The position numbers and the translations under genes are program-made. A stretch of 29,704 bases of DNA from Burkholderiales bacterium (lineage in GTDB: Bacteria; Pseudomonadota; Gammaproteobacteria; Burkholderiales; JAHFRG01): the NCBI GenBank assembly GCA_050741655.1, contig JBOIFQ010000099.1, forward strand, positions 1-29,704, read 5' to 3'. This document shows positions 1-9,432 of the stretch, piece after piece. Under the pieces are notes generated by a model. The model was not told the DNA's origin, did not search any database, and saw only the letters and a list, made by a program, of their open reading frames with translations. Numbering within the stretch: the stretch's first letter is position 1; each line of letters starts with the position of its first letter.

Positions 1-2
1 AT

Positions 3-590
3 ATTTCACTTACCGTGAAGCGCGTGAATGAAAATCATGACGGTCGGCCGGTAACCGGCGTGGCATCCAATTATGTTTGCGATTTGCAAAAAGGCGAGAA
101 GGTCAAGGTCGTCGGGCCTTACGGCAAGACTTTCCTGATGCCCAATCACGCGGGCTCGAGCCTGATGATGATTTGCACCGGTACCGGTTCCGCTCCCATG
201 CGCGCCATGACCGAATACCGGCGGCGGCGTGTTGCGCGCAACGAAGGCGGGGAGCTGATGCTGTTTTTTGGCGCGCGCCGGCCGGAGGAATTGCCTTACT
301 TCGGGCCGCTGATGAAGCTGGCCAAGGATTTCATAGACATCAATTTTGCTTTCTCACGCGTGCCAGGTCAGCCGAAAAAATATGTGCAGGAACTCATACG
401 CGAACGTGGCGACAAAGTAACACGCCTGCTGCTGGATGAACACTGCTACATTTATATCTGCGGCCTGAAAGGCATGGAAGCGGGAGTGATGGAATCCTTC
501 CGCGCGGTATGCCGCGCGCGCGATATTGACTGGGACGAGCTGCAGCCGCAGTTGCTGGCGCAGGGCCGTTTCCACGTCGAGACTTACTGA
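3..590 (+). CDS. boxA: Benzoyl-CoA 2,3-epoxidase reductase subunit BoxA, C-terminal FNR-like part (truncated by left window edge)
   Basis: Frame is open from the window edge (ISLTVKRV...). FNR motifs [43 protein letters not shown] and C-terminal HVETY. LPYFGPL is typical of BoxA. Followed by beta-oxidation genes. Confidence 0.85.
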   Translation: MSLTVKRVNENHDGRPVTGVASNYVCDLQKGEKVKVVGPYGKTFLMPNHAGSSLMMICTGTGSAPMRAMTEYRRRRVARNEGGELMLFFGARRPEELPYFGPLMKLAKDFIDINFAFSRVPGQPKKYVQELIRERGDKVTRLLLDEHCYIYICGLKGMEAGVMESFRAVCRARDIDWDELQPQLLAQGRFHVETY

Positions 591-607
591 AAAATCCGGG
601 AGAGGGT

Positions 608-2722
608 GTGCCGGTCAGCTTTGTGCGCGAGCGGGATGTTGCCGTTATCAGCGTGAATAACCCGCCGGTGAATGTGCTGAGCCAGCCGGTGCGCGCCGGC
701 TTGCAGGCGGCTTTGCGGCAAGCGGCGGACGATGCGGCTGTCACTGCCATTGTCATTCTTTGTGAAGGGCGCACCTTCATAGCCGGCGCGGACGTGAATG
801 AATTCGACCAGCCGCCGCAACCACCGCACTTGCCGCAAATTACCGAAGCCTTGGAAAACTCGATCAAACCCGTGGTCGCGGCGATTCATGGCACGGCGCT
901 GGGCGGCGGCTACGAAATCGCGCTCGCTTGCCATTACCGCCTCGCCACCTCAAGCGCCAAGATTGGCTTGCCCGAAGTGAAACTCGGCTTGATGCCGGGT
1001 GCCGGCGGCACGCAAAGACTGCCGCGGCTGGTCGGAGTCGGGCAGGCGCTGCAATTGATTTGCGAAGGTAATCCAATCTCCGCGCCGCAAGCATTGGCTT
1101 GGGGTGCGCTGGATGAAATCACCGAAGGCGATTTGCAAGCAGCGGCGTTGACCGTGGCGCGGCGGCTTGCCGCTGCGGGAAAATCCTTGCGCCGCACCGG
1201 CGCACTCGAATTGCGATTTGATAATCCTGAATTATTTTCCCAGGCCGCGGAAGCCGTTGCCAGGAAACAGCGCGGCCTGATTGCCCCGCGTTATTGCATC
1301 GAGGCGGTGCGCGCGGCAACCACGTTGCCCTTGGACGCAGGATTAAAGCGCGAGCGCGAGCTGTTTCTCGAGCTGCGCGCTGCGCCGCAGGCGGCGGCGC
1401 TGCGCCATGCTTTCCTCGGCGAGCGTGTGGTGGCGAAAATCCCCGGCTTACCTGCGGATACGCGTGCGGTGAAGCAGGCGGCGGTAATCGGCGCCGGTAC
1501 CATGGGCGCGGGCATCGCCATGTGTTTCGCCAACGCCGGTATTGCGGTGACATTGCTGGAGGCGCAAGCCGAAGCACTGGAACATGGCATGAGCACCATA
1601 CGGCAAAATTACACGGCCAGCGCGGCGCGCGGCGGGCTGACGGAAAAAGAAATGGAACAGCGCTTATCTTCCATCCATCCCACGCTGAGCTATGAGGATT
1701 TGCGCTCCGCGGATTTGATCATCGAAGCGGTATTCGAAGATCTGCAAGTAAAAAAACAGGTGTTTGAAAAACTGGATGCGGCGGCCAAGCCCGGCGCCAT
1801 CCTCGCCACCAACACGTCTTACCTCGATGTCGCGGCCATCGCCGAATTCACGCGCCGGCCGCAGGATGTGGTCGGCATGCATTTTTTCAGCCCGGCACAG
1901 GTGATGAAGCTGTTGGAGAACGTGCGCGCGCCGAAGACCGCGCCCGATGTGCTGGCGACGGTGATGAAACTGGGCAAGACTCTGGGCAAAGTGGCGGTGC
2001 TGGTGGGCGGCGCGCACGGTTTCGTGGGGAACCGCATGCTGGCGCAGCGCACGCGCGAGGCATTTTTTTTGCTGGAAGAGGGGGCATTGCCTCAGCAAGT
2101 TGATAAAGTATTGCATAGTTTTGGTTTTCCCATGGGGCCGTTCGCCGTGGGTGATCTCGCCGGCTTGGATATCGGCTGGCGCGCGCGTCAGGCGCGTGCG
2201 CATTTGCGCAAACCCGGTGTGCGCGATTGCAATTTACTGGATAAAGTGTGCGCACTAGGGCGCTTCGGGCAAAAAACCCATGCCGGCTGGTATCGTTATG
2301 AAGCGGGCAGCCGCGCGCCGCTTCCCGATCCGGTTATCGAAGAACTTATTATTAAGCACTCGCGCGAAGCGGGCGTGGAGCGGCGCAGCATCAGCTCAGA
2401 GGAGATTCTCGAGCGGTGTTTATATGCCATGATTAACGAAGCGGCGAAAATCCTGGCGGAGGGCGTGGCGGCGCGGCCGCTGGACATAGACATGGTATGG
2501 CTGCACGGTTACGGCTTCCCGGCTTATCGCGGCGGTCCGCTGTTTTACGCCGACAGCGTGGGGCTGGAGAAGATTTATCAAGACATAATCAAGCTGCGTG
2601 CACGCTTCGGCCCCGATTTCTGGACTCCCGCGCCTTTGCTGGAGCAGATGGCGCGCGACGGTCAGGGTTTTTATCCGCATCGCGCGAGCACGCCTTATAC
2701 TTTGCTGAGCGAGAAAAAATGA
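608..2722 (+). CDS. Bifunctional enoyl-CoA hydratase/isomerase + 3-hydroxyacyl-CoA dehydrogenase (FadB/PimF-like)
   Basis: Crotonase motifs NNPPVN, FIAGAD, ALGGGYE, GLPEVKLGLMPGAGGTQRLPR. Rossmann GAGTMG, IEAVFED, TNTS, GMHFFSPA, GFVGNR. GTG start with GGAGAGG RBS. Confidence 0.92.
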   Translation: MPVSFVRERDVAVISVNNPPVNVLSQPVRAGLQAALRQAADDAAVTAIVILCEGRTFIAGADVNEFDQPPQPPHLPQITEALENSIKPVVAAIHGTALGGGYEIALACHYRLATSSAKIGLPEVKLGLMPGAGGTQRLPRLVGVGQALQLICEGNPISAPQALAWGALDEITEGDLQAAALTVARRLAAAGKSLRRTGALELRFDNPELFSQAAEAVARKQRGLIAPRYCIEAVRAATTLPLDAGLKRERELFLELRAAPQAAALRHAFLGERVVAKIPGLPADTRAVKQAAVIGAGTMGAGIAMCFANAGIAVTLLEAQAEALEHGMSTIRQNYTASAARGGLTEKEMEQRLSSIHPTLSYEDLRSADLIIEAVFEDLQVKKQVFEKLDAAAKPGAILATNTSYLDVAAIAEFTRRPQDVVGMHFFSPAQVMKLLENVRAPKTAPDVLATVMKLGKTLGKVAVLVGGAHGFVGNRMLAQRTREAFFLLEEGALPQQVDKVLHSFGFPMGPFAVGDLAGLDIGWRARQARAHLRKPGVRDCNLLDKVCALGRFGQKTHAGWYRYEAGSRAPLPDPVIEELIIKHSREAGVERRSISSEEILERCLYAMINEAAKILAEGVAARPLDIDMVWLHGYGFPAYRGGPLFYADSVGLEKIYQDIIKLRARFGPDFWTPAPLLEQMARDGQGFYPHRASTPYTLLSEKK

Positions 2723-3924
2723 CCGATGCCTACATCTGCGATGCCATCCGCACGCCTTTCGGCCGTTACGGCGGCGTGCTGGCCAATATAAGAACCGATG
2801 ATTTGGCGGCGCTGCCGATAAAAGCGCTGAAGGAGCGCAATCCCAAAGCGGATTGGGCGGCAGTGGAAGATGTCATTTTCGGCTGCGCCAACCAGGCCGG
2901 TGAAGACAACCGCAACGTCGCGCGCATGGCGCTGCTGCTGGCGGGATTGCCGTGTGAGGTGCCGGGCACCACCATTAATCGTTTATGCGGCTCCAGCCTG
3001 GATGCGGTGGGCAGCGCGGCGCGCGCCATCAAGACCGGCGAAGTGGAGTTGATGATCGCGGGCGGTGTGGAAAACATGACGCGCGCGCCGTTTGTGATGG
3101 CAAAAGCCGAAGGCGCATTTTCGCGCGCCGCTAAAATCGAAGACACGACTATCGGCTGGCGGCTGGTGAATCCGCTCATGCAGGCGAAATATGGAATTGA
3201 TTCCATGCCGCAGACGGCGGAAAACGTGGCGGCGGAATTCCACGTGAGCCGCACCGATCAGGACGCGTTCGCGCTGCGCAGCCAGCAACGCTGGGCGCAG
3301 GCGCATGCCGCCGGTTTTTTCCAACGGGAAATCATTGCGGTTTCCATTCCGCGAAAAAACCAGGAAACCGCATGGTTTGATACCGACCAGCATCCGCGCC
3401 CGGACACCACGCTTGAGGCGTTGAAAAAACTCAAGGGCGTGGTCAAACCGGACGGCACGGTCACCGCCGGCAATGCGTCCGGCGTCAATGACGGCGCCTG
3501 CGCTTTGCTGCTGGCTTCCGCAGCGGCGGCGAAAAAACACGGGCTGACACCGCGTGCCCGCGTGCTGAATATGGCGACGGCCGGCGTGGCGCCGCGCATC
3601 ATGGGTTTCGGTCCTGCGCCGGCGGTGAAAAAAGTGCTGGCGCAAGCCGGTCTCAAGTTGCAGCAGATGGATGTCATCGAACTCAACGAAGCTTTTGCCG
3701 CACAGGCGCTGGCGGTGATGCGCGCGCTGGGGTTGGCGGATGATGCCGCGCATGTGAATCTCAATGGCGGCGCGATTGCCATCGGCCATCCGCTCGGCGC
3801 TTCGGGCGCGCGGCTGGTTACGACCGCGCTGAATCAGCTGGAACGCAGCAAAGGCCGTTACGCACTTTGCACCATGTGCATAGGCGTGGGGCAGGGCATC
3901 GCGCTCATTATCGAAAGAGTCTGA
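2719..3924 (+). CDS. pcaF: 3-oxoadipyl-CoA thiolase (PcaF/PaaJ/BoxE family)
   Basis: ATG at 2719 overlaps the upstream stop (ATGA). Motifs GCANQAGEDNRNVARM, NRLCGS (catalytic Cys), NEAFA, GHPLGASG, MCIGVGQG. Confidence 0.9.
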   Translation: MTDAYICDAIRTPFGRYGGVLANIRTDDLAALPIKALKERNPKADWAAVEDVIFGCANQAGEDNRNVARMALLLAGLPCEVPGTTINRLCGSSLDAVGSAARAIKTGEVELMIAGGVENMTRAPFVMAKAEGAFSRAAKIEDTTIGWRLVNPLMQAKYGIDSMPQTAENVAAEFHVSRTDQDAFALRSQQRWAQAHAAGFFQREIIAVSIPRKNQETAWFDTDQHPRPDTTLEALKKLKGVVKPDGTVTAGNASGVNDGACALLLASAAAAKKHGLTPRARVLNMATAGVAPRIMGFGPAPAVKKVLAQAGLKLQQMDVIELNEAFAAQALAVMRALGLADDAAHVNLNGGAIAIGHPLGASGARLVTTALNQLERSKGRYALCTMCIGVGQGIALIIERV

Positions 3925-3931
3925 CCGCGTC

Positions 3932-3964
3932 AGGTTATTAACTCAGGTTAAATAACCTTTTTTG
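3932..3964 (+). terminator. Probable AT-rich hairpin terminator of the box operon, overlapping the 3' end of oxlT
   Basis: AGGTTA-TTAAC-(TCAG)-GTTAA-A-TAACCT followed by a T run, just after the thiolase stop and between convergent genes. Confidence 0.45.
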
Positions 3965-5220
3965 CGGCGCAGGGGTTTCAGCACCAGAATAGCCATTACG
4001 GAAGAAACCAGGTTCATGGCGGCGGCGGTGATGAAAACAGCATGCCAGCTCCCCGTGGCGGCCGTGAGCATGCTCGATAGGGGTATCAGCAGTGCAGCCG
4101 TTCCTTTGGCGGTATAGAGCATGCCGGCGTTGGTTGCGGCATATTTGGGACCGAAGGTGTCGCCGACGGTGGCGGGGAACAGGCTGTAGATTTCGCCCCA
4201 GGCGAAGAACACCAGCCCGGTAAGCAGCACAAACCACAGCGGGTCGTGACCAAACTGACTTAGCAGCAGGATACCCACGGCTTCGAGCCCGAAAGCAATG
4301 CACATGGTATTTTCGCGCCCGATGTGATCCGAGACCCAGCCGAAGAAAGGCCGCGTAAGGCCGTTCAATATACGGTCGATTGATAGTGCGAAGGTCAGCG
4401 CGGGCAAGGTAATGCCGATCAACGATACCGGGATATCGGCAATCTTGAAATCCTTGGCTATCGGCGCCAGCTGCGCCGTCGCCATCAGCCCGCCCGCCGC
4501 CATCAGCACGAACATCACATACATCACCCAGAAGATCGGTGAGCGCAGGGTTTCGGTCGGGGTGAAATCACGCTGGTTGGCTTTCTGCACGGTCTTTGCT
4601 ACTTCGGGCACTTCGCCTTTGCGCGGCGCGCTGAGAGCAAAAGACGCCAGAAATACCACCAAGCCCTGACCCAAGCCGAAATAAAGAAAAGCCGACTCGT
4701 AGCCGGATGACTTGATGAGGGCCGAAATCGGGACGATGGTGAGCGCTGAACCCATGCCGAAGCCCGCCGCGGTAAGGCCGGCGGCAAGACCACGATGATC
4801 GGGAAACCATTTGAGCGCGTTGCCGACGCAGGTGCCGTATACCGCGCCAGCGCCGATGCCGCCTATCGCTTGCGCGATGTAGAGGGCGGGGAGAGACGAA
4901 ACATAAGCATTCATTACCCAGCCGATTCCCACCAATACGCCGCCAAACATGACCACCAGCTTGGGCCCGAAGCGGTCGACGAAATAACCTTCGATCGGCA
5001 CCAGCCAGGTTTCAGTCAGGACGAAAATCGTGAATGCGACCTGGATTGCGGCTTTGTCCCAGCCAAATTTGGCTTGCAGCGGGTTGACAAACAAGGTCCA
5101 GCCGTACTGCAGATTGGCGACCATCGCCATGCACAGGATCCCGAGAAATAATTGCAGCCAGCGGTAGGGTGCGCGGCCGCTGGGGGATATTACCGCTTCG
5201 AATTCGGCTTGAGCTGACAT
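3943..5220 (-). CDS. oxlT: Oxalate:formate antiporter (MFS, OFA family)
   Basis: About 12 hydrophobic segments. Signature sequences ANLQYGWTLFV, GNALKWFPDHRGLAAGLTAAGFG, NGLTRPFFGWVSD, WGEIYSLFP, LYTAKG (conserved Lys). GGGGGA RBS upstream. Confidence 0.9.
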   Translation of the reverse strand: MSAQAEFEAVISPSGRAPYRWLQLFLGILCMAMVANLQYGWTLFVNPLQAKFGWDKAAIQVAFTIFVLTETWLVPIEGYFVDRFGPKLVVMFGGVLVGIGWVMNAYVSSLPALYIAQAIGGIGAGAVYGTCVGNALKWFPDHRGLAAGLTAAGFGMGSALTIVPISALIKSSGYESAFLYFGLGQGLVVFLASFALSAPRKGEVPEVAKTVQKANQRDFTPTETLRSPIFWVMYVMFVLMAAGGLMATAQLAPIAKDFKIADIPVSLIGITLPALTFALSIDRILNGLTRPFFGWVSDHIGRENTMCIAFGLEAVGILLLSQFGHDPLWFVLLTGLVFFAWGEIYSLFPATVGDTFGPKYAATNAGMLYTAKGTAALLIPLSSMLTAATGSWHAVFITAAAMNLVSSVMAILVLKPLRRKKGYLT

Positions 5221-5427
5221 TATTTATCCCCCTGAAATAGTTGGCTGTTTTTTTTGAAAGAAAACCTGCTGCATAATTCTGTCAAGACTAGGCATTACAT
5301 ATAAATTGCGTGAAAATATGTTACGGTTGCGGCAGGTTTGCGTGGGCTGAAGTGCGTCCAGCCAGTTATTAGGTTCGCCAAGATACTACTTTTACTTAAG
5401 TTAGGGAATGTTGCGGGAGAACAGGCC

Positions 5428-6432
5428 ATGAGAATTTGCGTTGTCGGCGCGGGCGCCATCGGCGGTCTGTTGGGAGTAAAGCTCGCGCTGGCGGGCGAGG
5501 ATGTGACGCTGATTGCGCGCGGGCCTAACCTTGCCGCGATCAGACAGAACGGCATGCGGCTGATCGGGGAAGGCGGCAGCGAAACGCTGGTGCGCGTCAA
5601 GGTGACGGATAAGATCGGCGAAGCGGGCGAGCAGGATCTGGTGATACTCGGTATGAAGGCGCATCAGGTGGCGGCGGTGGTTAAAGACTTGCCGGCGTTG
5701 TATCACTCTGAAACCATGGTGATGACGGCGCAGAACGGAATCCCTTGGTGGTATTTTTTCAAGCATGGCGGCGAGCTCGAGGGGCGGCGTCTGGAAAGCG
5801 TGGACCCGGGCGGGGTGATTGCGGCGCATCTGCCGGTTGCGCGCGTGATAGGCGTGGTGGTGTATCCGGCGGCGGAACTGCGCGCGCCGGGCGTGCTGCG
5901 CCATATTGAAGGCAATCGTTTTTCAGTGGGCGAAATTGATAACAGCGAAACCCCGCGCATCAGGCGGGTTTCGGAAACATTGCGCAACGCGGGATTCAAA
6001 GCGCCGATTCTTACCGACATCCGCTCCGAAATCTGGCTCAAACTGTGGGGCAACCTGAGCTTCAATCCGATCAGCGCGCTGACCCACGCCACGCTGGTGG
6101 ATATCTGCCAGTTTCCGCAAACGCGTGAGCTGGCCGCGAAAATGATGATCGAGGCGCAGGATATAGCGGAAAAACTCGGCATCCAGTTCCGGGTTTCTTT
6201 GGAGAAACGCATCGCCGGTGCGCAAGCGGTCGGTAAACACAAGACTTCGATGCTGCAGGATATCGAAGCCGGCCGCGCGCTGGAAATCCACGCCCTGGTG
6301 GGAGCGGTGGTGGAAGTGGGCAAAATTACCGGCACACCGACCCCGCACATAGACGCGGTATATGCCTGCGTAAGTCTGCTGGCGAAGACGCTGCAGGAAG
6401 AAAAAGGCAAATTGAAAATTCAGCCGCTGTAA
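5428..6432 (+). CDS. Ketopantoate-reductase (PanE/ApbA) family protein, probable oxalyl-CoA reductase (PanE2-like)
   Basis: MRICVVGAGAIGG Rossmann start, QNGIPWWYF, WLKLWGNLSFNPISALT, KTSMLQD. ATG at 5428 follows GGAGA. The substrate is inferred from its position between oxlT and a CoA ligase. Confidence 0.8.
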   Translation: MRICVVGAGAIGGLLGVKLALAGEDVTLIARGPNLAAIRQNGMRLIGEGGSETLVRVKVTDKIGEAGEQDLVILGMKAHQVAAVVKDLPALYHSETMVMTAQNGIPWWYFFKHGGELEGRRLESVDPGGVIAAHLPVARVIGVVVYPAAELRAPGVLRHIEGNRFSVGEIDNSETPRIRRVSETLRNAGFKAPILTDIRSEIWLKLWGNLSFNPISALTHATLVDICQFPQTRELAAKMMIEAQDIAEKLGIQFRVSLEKRIAGAQAVGKHKTSMLQDIEAGRALEIHALVGAVVEVGKITGTPTPHIDAVYACVSLLAKTLQEEKGKLKIQPL

Positions 6433-6454
6433 CGATCTGACAAGGAAACTGGAA

Positions 6455-7978
6455 ATGAAGAAATCTTCGACACTCAAGGAACTGCTGGCGGCGGGCAAGG
6501 ACGACAGCGTGGCAATTGCGGCGTCTGGCATGTCCGGTTTGACTTACCGGACATTGCGCGCGCTGATTGAACGCACGATCGCGAGCCTCAACCGCTTCGG
6601 CATCGGGCGCAATGACCGCGTCGCTATTGTGCTGCCCAACGGGCCCGAGATGGCCGCGGCATTCATGGGTATTGCTGCGGGCGCGACTGTGGCGCCGCTT
6701 AACCCGGCTTATCGCGCCGACGAATTTGAATTTTATCTGTCTGATTTGCGCGCCAAGGCGCTGGTGGTGGCCAAAGGCGGCGATTCGCCGGCCATAGGCG
6801 TGGCGGAGAAACTCGGTGTGCGCGTCATCGAGCTGTACCCCGTTGCGCAGAATGGCGCCGGTTGTTTCGAATTGCGCCCGCATGACGCGGGCGGTGGCTC
6901 ATGCAGCACAGGATGCGCCGAAGCCGATGACATAGCTTTGATTCTCCACACCTCGGGTACCACCTCGCGGCCGAAAATCGTGCCGCTTAAACAATGCAAC
7001 ATCTGCATTTCCGCCGCCAACATTGCCGCAACCCTGGCTTTTAGCGCCGCTGACCGCGGACTTAATATCATGCCCTTGTTCCACATTCATGGTTTGATGG
7101 CCGGCTTGCTCGCCCCGCTTTCCGCCGGAGGCCAAGTATTCTGCACCCCGGGTTTCAACGCGCTCAAGTTTTTTGGCTGGATGAACGAAGCCGGGCCCAC
7201 CTGGTACACCGCCGTACCGACCATGCACCAGACGATACTGACGCGCGCGGCGCAGAACCGGGAAATCATCGCCCAATACCCGCTGCGCTTCATCCGTTCT
7301 TCGTCGTCATCGATGCCGGTGAAAGTGATTGCCGAGCTTGAGACGGCGTTCAATGCGCCGGTGATCGAATCCTATGGCATGACCGAAGCCGCGCATCAGA
7401 TGGCGAGCAGTCCTTTGCCCCCGCGCAGCCGCAAACCCGGCAGCGTCGGCATCGCGGCGGGGCCGGAAGTGGCGATCATGGATGATAAAGGCAATCTGCT
7501 GCCGCCGCATGCCACTGGCGAGATCGTCATCCGCGGTCCCAGCGTGACTCCAGGCTATGAAAACAACCCCAAAGCCAACGCGGAAGCTTTCACTCATGGC
7601 TGGTTCCGCACCGGCGATCAGGGCGTGATGGACGAAGAGGGCTATGTGACGATTAACGGCCGTCTGAAGGAAATCATCAATCGTGGCGGAGAGAAAATTT
7701 CGCCGCGCGAAGTGGACGAAGTGCTGATGACTCATCCGGCGATCCAGCAAGCAGTGACATTCGCGCTTGCGCACGACAAGCTGGGCGAGGATGTGGCGGC
7801 CGCGGTGGTGCTGCGCGAAGGCAAGGCAGCCACTGAAAAAGAAGTGCGTGAATTCACGGCGCAACGGCTCGCCGACTTCAAGGTGCCGCGCAAAATCGTT
7901 TTTCTCGATGAGATTCCCAAAGGCGCGACCGGCAAGCTGCAGCGTATCGGTCTGGCGGAAAAACTCGGTTTAAAGTGA
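6455..7978 (+). CDS. Acyl-CoA synthetase, probable oxalate-CoA ligase (Oxs/AAE3-like)
   Basis: AMP-binding motifs LHTSGTTSRPK, MPLFHIHGL, TWYTAVPTMHQ, LRFIRSSS, YGMTEAAHQM, GWFRTGDQG, INRGGEKISP, PKGATGK. These closely resemble AAE3/Pcs60 oxalyl-CoA synthetases as recalled. AAGGA RBS. Confidence 0.85.
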   Translation: MKKSSTLKELLAAGKDDSVAIAASGMSGLTYRTLRALIERTIASLNRFGIGRNDRVAIVLPNGPEMAAAFMGIAAGATVAPLNPAYRADEFEFYLSDLRAKALVVAKGGDSPAIGVAEKLGVRVIELYPVAQNGAGCFELRPHDAGGGSCSTGCAEADDIALILHTSGTTSRPKIVPLKQCNICISAANIAATLAFSAADRGLNIMPLFHIHGLMAGLLAPLSAGGQVFCTPGFNALKFFGWMNEAGPTWYTAVPTMHQTILTRAAQNREIIAQYPLRFIRSSSSSMPVKVIAELETAFNAPVIESYGMTEAAHQMASSPLPPRSRKPGSVGIAAGPEVAIMDDKGNLLPPHATGEIVIRGPSVTPGYENNPKANAEAFTHGWFRTGDQGVMDEEGYVTINGRLKEIINRGGEKISPREVDEVLMTHPAIQQAVTFALAHDKLGEDVAAAVVLREGKAATEKEVREFTAQRLADFKVPRKIVFLDEIPKGATGKLQRIGLAEKLGLK

Positions 7979-8009
7979 CGGGTTTCCTCAGCGATAGCGG
8001 CGCTCGCGG

Positions 8010-8026
8010 CTTATGGAATCCATAAG
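8010..8026. promoter_or_regulatory. Palindromic candidate LysR-type operator upstream of sgaA
   Basis: Perfect interrupted palindrome CTTATGGA-A-TCCATAAG containing T-N11-A (8012-8024), at the start of an AT-rich intergenic region. Confidence 0.45.
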
Positions 8027-8167
8027 TAAAAATGAATAGTATTTTTGATTTTTAAACACTATTATTTATCGTTAAGTGGTGCTTTGGAAATTCCGCGTTA
8101 AGCTCAAATATAGAGCGCGGCGGTGCGCTTTTTTAATTTAAAACATCCAGTCAAGGAGGAGTAAATC

Positions 8168-9415
8168 ATGCCCCGCATGCCAGGCCGTAATTTTCTGTTT
8201 GTTCCCGGTCCGACCAATGTGCCCGATCGCGTCCAGCGCGCGATGATGGTGGCGATGGAAGACCATCGTTCGTCCAAGTTTCCCGAGCTTACGGTTTCCG
8301 TGCTGCAGGATCTGAAAAAAGTGTTCATGTCGGAACAGGGACAGGCTTTTATTTTTCCGTCTTCGGGCACCGGGGCGTGGGAAGCCGCGCTCACCAACAC
8401 GCTTTCCCCGGGCGACAAGGTTTTATCCGCGCGCTTCGGTCAGTTCAGCCATCTCTGGATTGATATGGCGCAGCGCCTGGGCTTCGATGTGGAGGCTCTG
8501 GATGTGGAATGGGGTGAAGGTGTGCCTCTGGAGCGAGTTGAAGAAGCGCTGCGCGCCGACAAACAGCACAAGATCAAGGCCATACTCGCTTGCCATAACG
8601 AAACCGCCACCGGCGTGACCAGCGACATCGGCGGCTTGCGGCGCGCCATGGATGCTGCACGCCATCCGGCTTTGCTGTTCGTGGATTGCGTAAGCTCGCT
8701 CGGCAGTATTGATTTCCGCATGGACGAATGGAGTGTGGACATTGCCATCACCGGTTCGCAGAAAGGGCTGATGCTGCCGGCCGGGCTGGGCATGCTGTGC
8801 GTCAGCAAAAAAGCGCTCGCCGCCATGCCCAACGCGGCTTCGCGCCGCTGTTATTTCGACTTGAACGATATGATCAAGGCCAACGCCAGCGGCTATTTCC
8901 CTTATACGCCGGCTCTGCCCATGCTGTATGGCCTGCGCGAATCGCTGAATATTATTTTTGAAGAAGGCCTGGAGAACATTTTTTTCCGCCATACCTATCT
9001 GGCCGAAGGCGTGCGCGCGGCCGTCATCAAGGGCTGGGGGCTCAAGCTTTGCGCCAAGGCGCCCAAATGGTATTCCAATACCGTGAGCGCGATCGTGGTG
9101 CCGGAAGGCATTAACGGCGCGCACGTGATCGACGTGGCATTCCGCCGCTACAACCTGGCGCTCGGCGCCGGACTTTCCAAAGTCGCGGGCAAAGTGTTCC
9201 GCATCGGCCATTTGGGCGATCTCAACGAATTAATGCTGATGGGCGCGATTGCGGGCGCGGAAATGTCCATGCTCGACGTAGGAATCAAGGTCAAGCCCGG
9301 CAGCGGGGTAGGCGCCGCTTCGGATTACTGGCGTCATAACGACCCCATTGCCAAGAAGAAAGTGAGCCGCGAGGAAGTGGTTTATGCCTCGCAGTCTACA
9401 GGTTCAATATATTAA
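8168..9415 (+). CDS. sgaA: Serine-glyoxylate aminotransferase
   Basis: GRNFLFVPGPTNVPDRV, MEDHRS, PSSGTGAWE, HNETATGV, TGSQKGLMLP (PLP Lys), FRIGHLG. AAGGAGG RBS. First gene of the serine-cycle run. Confidence 0.93.
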   Translation: MPRMPGRNFLFVPGPTNVPDRVQRAMMVAMEDHRSSKFPELTVSVLQDLKKVFMSEQGQAFIFPSSGTGAWEAALTNTLSPGDKVLSARFGQFSHLWIDMAQRLGFDVEALDVEWGEGVPLERVEEALRADKQHKIKAILACHNETATGVTSDIGGLRRAMDAARHPALLFVDCVSSLGSIDFRMDEWSVDIAITGSQKGLMLPAGLGMLCVSKKALAAMPNAASRRCYFDLNDMIKANASGYFPYTPALPMLYGLRESLNIIFEEGLENIFFRHTYLAEGVRAAVIKGWGLKLCAKAPKWYSNTVSAIVVPEGINGAHVIDVAFRRYNLALGAGLSKVAGKVFRIGHLGDLNELMLMGAIAGAEMSMLDVGIKVKPGSGVGAASDYWRHNDPIAKKKVSREEVVYASQSTGSIY

Positions 9416-9432
9416 TATAATCAATATATTAA

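Noticed and set aside
2497..2718. N-terminal extensions of the thiolase ORF (also nusA 20811-21122 and the ferritin-like ORF 18635-18868)
   Set aside because: They overlap upstream genes in another frame. Family homology begins at the downstream ATGs.
5338..6432. Pantothenate-biosynthesis panE, and the longer 364-aa TTG-start ORF
   Set aside because: Context and the NGIPWWYF subfamily motif favour an oxalyl-CoA reductase-like role. The Rossmann fold and RBS place the start at 5428.
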